64,000 nucleotides of DNA from assembly GCA_964252035.1 (NCBI GenBank), contig OZ176210.1. One strand, written 5' to 3'. The DNA is from Podarcis erhardii (Eukaryota). The position numbers and the translations under genes were made by a program. This document shows positions 61,641 to 64,000 of this stretch, piece by piece. Positions within the stretch are counted from its first letter, which is position 1; every line of letters starts with the position of its first letter. The notes below the pieces were generated by a model. It saw only the letters and a list, made by a program, of their open reading frames with translations. It searched no databases and was not told the origin of the DNA.

Positions 61641-64000
61641 CTTTTGAGGTCAACTCTTTGAAATTGATCCACTTAATCATAGACTCAGTCTATCTTTTGC
61701 AACCTGAAATTTGGCTTGTCTGGCTGCAGAGCAATCTGCTTACCACATCATATTAGGCTACACCATCCCATAGACTTGTGGGTGTAGAAAACGTAAGCAT
61801 GGGGCGGATTAATTTAAACCATGTTTCAGTGAGAAAATTCTTCTTTGTTTTAATCATGATTTTCATTATTTTTGTTTAATTTTCCTTTTTTATATGTGAA
61901 TTTCATTCATTGGCTCTAAGCATACTAAAATATGTTGAATTGATTATTTTACAATTAAATACAGCCTTTAAGCTAGATTTTATACTATGTTTACAGACAA
62001 CGTATTAAGTATAAACTCCAATGTATAAAGTTGTATGGCGAAAAGTTGAGTTGACTGTTAGCTTTCAGTTTTGTTGTTTCATAAAATGTCTCCAACCCAC
62101 CAATAATTATGCATGGAATTTGGTGAGACTTGTTTATAGTGTTATCCATGTATTTATGTGTAATCCTATGCACAGGATTGCAGCTTGAATCTAATCCAGG
62201 GACCTGGGCGGGGTGGGGGGGACTATGTGCAGAGCACAGCATCTTATTTTTTTAAACAGTATTCCCTTATGCTGCGCTGTATGTTAATTTCTAAAGTATC
62301 CCAGTCTGAAAAAAAGTTTGTAATGCAGTTCAGGGGACTCACCTGATTGTTGTAACCCCGGCCTCATGCAACAAGCTAAACACTACACATAGAGTACTGA
62401 CCCTAATACAGAATATTTTCCTGGCTGATACAGACCCAGTAGGCAACACCATGTGCACTTGAACTTTTTCTTATTTTCTTATTTAGCTTTTATCCTGCTA
62501 TTTTCCCCAAAGATTTTAAGACAGTTTGCATGGTTGCCCCCTCATCCCACTTTTGTATTTATAAAATCCCATGTTGGGCAGGTTAGTCCAAGAGATAGTG
62601 GCTCGCCCAATATCATCAAGTAAGCTTTGTGGCTTATTAGAGATTTGAATAAACATGTGCCTGGAAAAGTAGCTGCTCCTGGAATAAATGTAATTCTAAA
62701 AGCCTTCCACCGGTGGCCCGGCCAAGTGTCCATCTTCTGAGCCTTCCCTCTACATCAAGTTCTCACATTACTATAGTTGTGGTATAAGCTATTTTCATTA
62801 ATATTTATTCGTGTTATTGTATATATGCTAAATCAGACAAGTCATACGTTTGCAAGTGTGTAGCTTGACAATAGGTGCAGATAGAGGAAACAGCCTTATC
62901 GCTAGCTGCAGCCAACACAGCTGCTGATTGCCAGGATGGCTGGTTTTTTTGTGTATTTTGTTTTGTTCCATTTTTTTAAAAATGTGAACATGGCTTGCTC
63001 TGATAGGAGGCTTATCTAGACATTAGCTTTCCTACTTCAATTGCTAAGGTATCACATGGGTTTTATAGTGCATTAATTTTACAACAGAGACTGTTTAAAA
63101 AACCTATCTTAAAAGTATATAATAAAATTATATTTAACCAGCAACATATCAGAGCAGCTAACAATAGTTTAAAAACACACTAAAACTACATAAAAATAGT
63201 AGAGCCATAAATATAAAACATGGGAAGTTAATATTCCAACAGGTTAAAATAACAAATGCAATTTTTTAAAAATCTAAGAGGTGTGTACAAATGAAAAGGT
63301 ATGTCTTGGTGCCACAAAGGCACTAGAATCTGCCATGCCAGACTCCCTGGGGATACATCTGAAAATGAGAAGCCATCACTGTAAAGACTCTATCTTGGCT
63401 CACCAACAGCTTCATCTCTGAAGGGAGAGGGACTTGAAAAAGGTATTCAGATGAAGATCTTAATACGAGGGGGAAGGACATGGATTACTGGGGCCAAGCT
63501 ATCTCTCCATCACTCCAGCCTCATTTGATTCCTGCCACTTCGACATTTACGGTATACACAAGGCTGGAGCTAAAAGAGTTGCTGAGCTGTGAGTCTGATA
63601 TTTAAGGGGAGTTACAACCTTATCTAGAACAGGCTGAGTACCTCCTACCAACAATAATCTTGTCGGGATTATGTTGTAGTTTATTGGCCCTTATCCACTC
63701 TATTACCGATCCCAGATACTCATTTAGTACTTCTTCTCACCCCAGATCTCCATATGACCTCAGTCAACACTTTCATGTAGATGCACTAAAGCACGCCACA
63801 GTATAAACACCAGCTTTTGTTGGCCATAACCTGGGAAAAATAGCTAGTGCAAGCATCCCTTAGCTACTTACTCTGTTACAACAGGCTCTACCTGAGAGAA
63901 GAAGGTTGCCCCTTTTCCCCCTCCCAATCCTGTGATTTAAACTAAAGAGGTCAGGCACTAGTAAGCAATAGTTTTCTGACACAAATTTGGAAACTGGACA

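Noticed and set aside
1-64000. miR-23b/27b/24-1 cluster
   Set aside because: It is known to lie near the 3' end of AOPEP. I did not see the mature sequences, and the 3' exons are outside this window.

Overview
Vertebrate genomic DNA, most likely a squamate and probably a lacertid lizard (judged from a Sauria-type SINE, BovB and lizard-type L1/L2/CR1 fragments). The whole window lies inside one + strand gene, AOPEP (aminopeptidase O, C9orf3; M1 zinc metallopeptidase family). Six coding exons splice in frame: 2482-3290, 10411-10577, 17444-17600, 20130-20378, 58011-58200 and 60162-60268 (1679 nt, 559 codons plus 2 nt). They include the HEIAH-X18-E zinc site. The promoter and the 3' exons are outside the window. 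The introns, one of them 37.6 kb, are full of mobile elements: at least 11 TA-flanked Tc1/mariner-superfamily (pogo/Tigger-like) MITEs from two families, a Tc2-like MITE, a hAT MITE, L2/CR1/L1/RTE fragments, SINEs and a solo LTR. Three features stand out. (1) A 413-bp Penelope-type insertion (5476-5888, 13-bp TSD) carries three minimal hammerhead ribozyme motifs, a 184-nt tandem unit and a perfect 285-bp palindrome, so it resembles a retrozyme. (2) A young BovB LINE has a 5' inversion of the twin-priming type. (3) A 1.1-kb MITE has an interior built from GC-rich hairpin modules. Repeat family names come from recognising the sequence, not from a database search.
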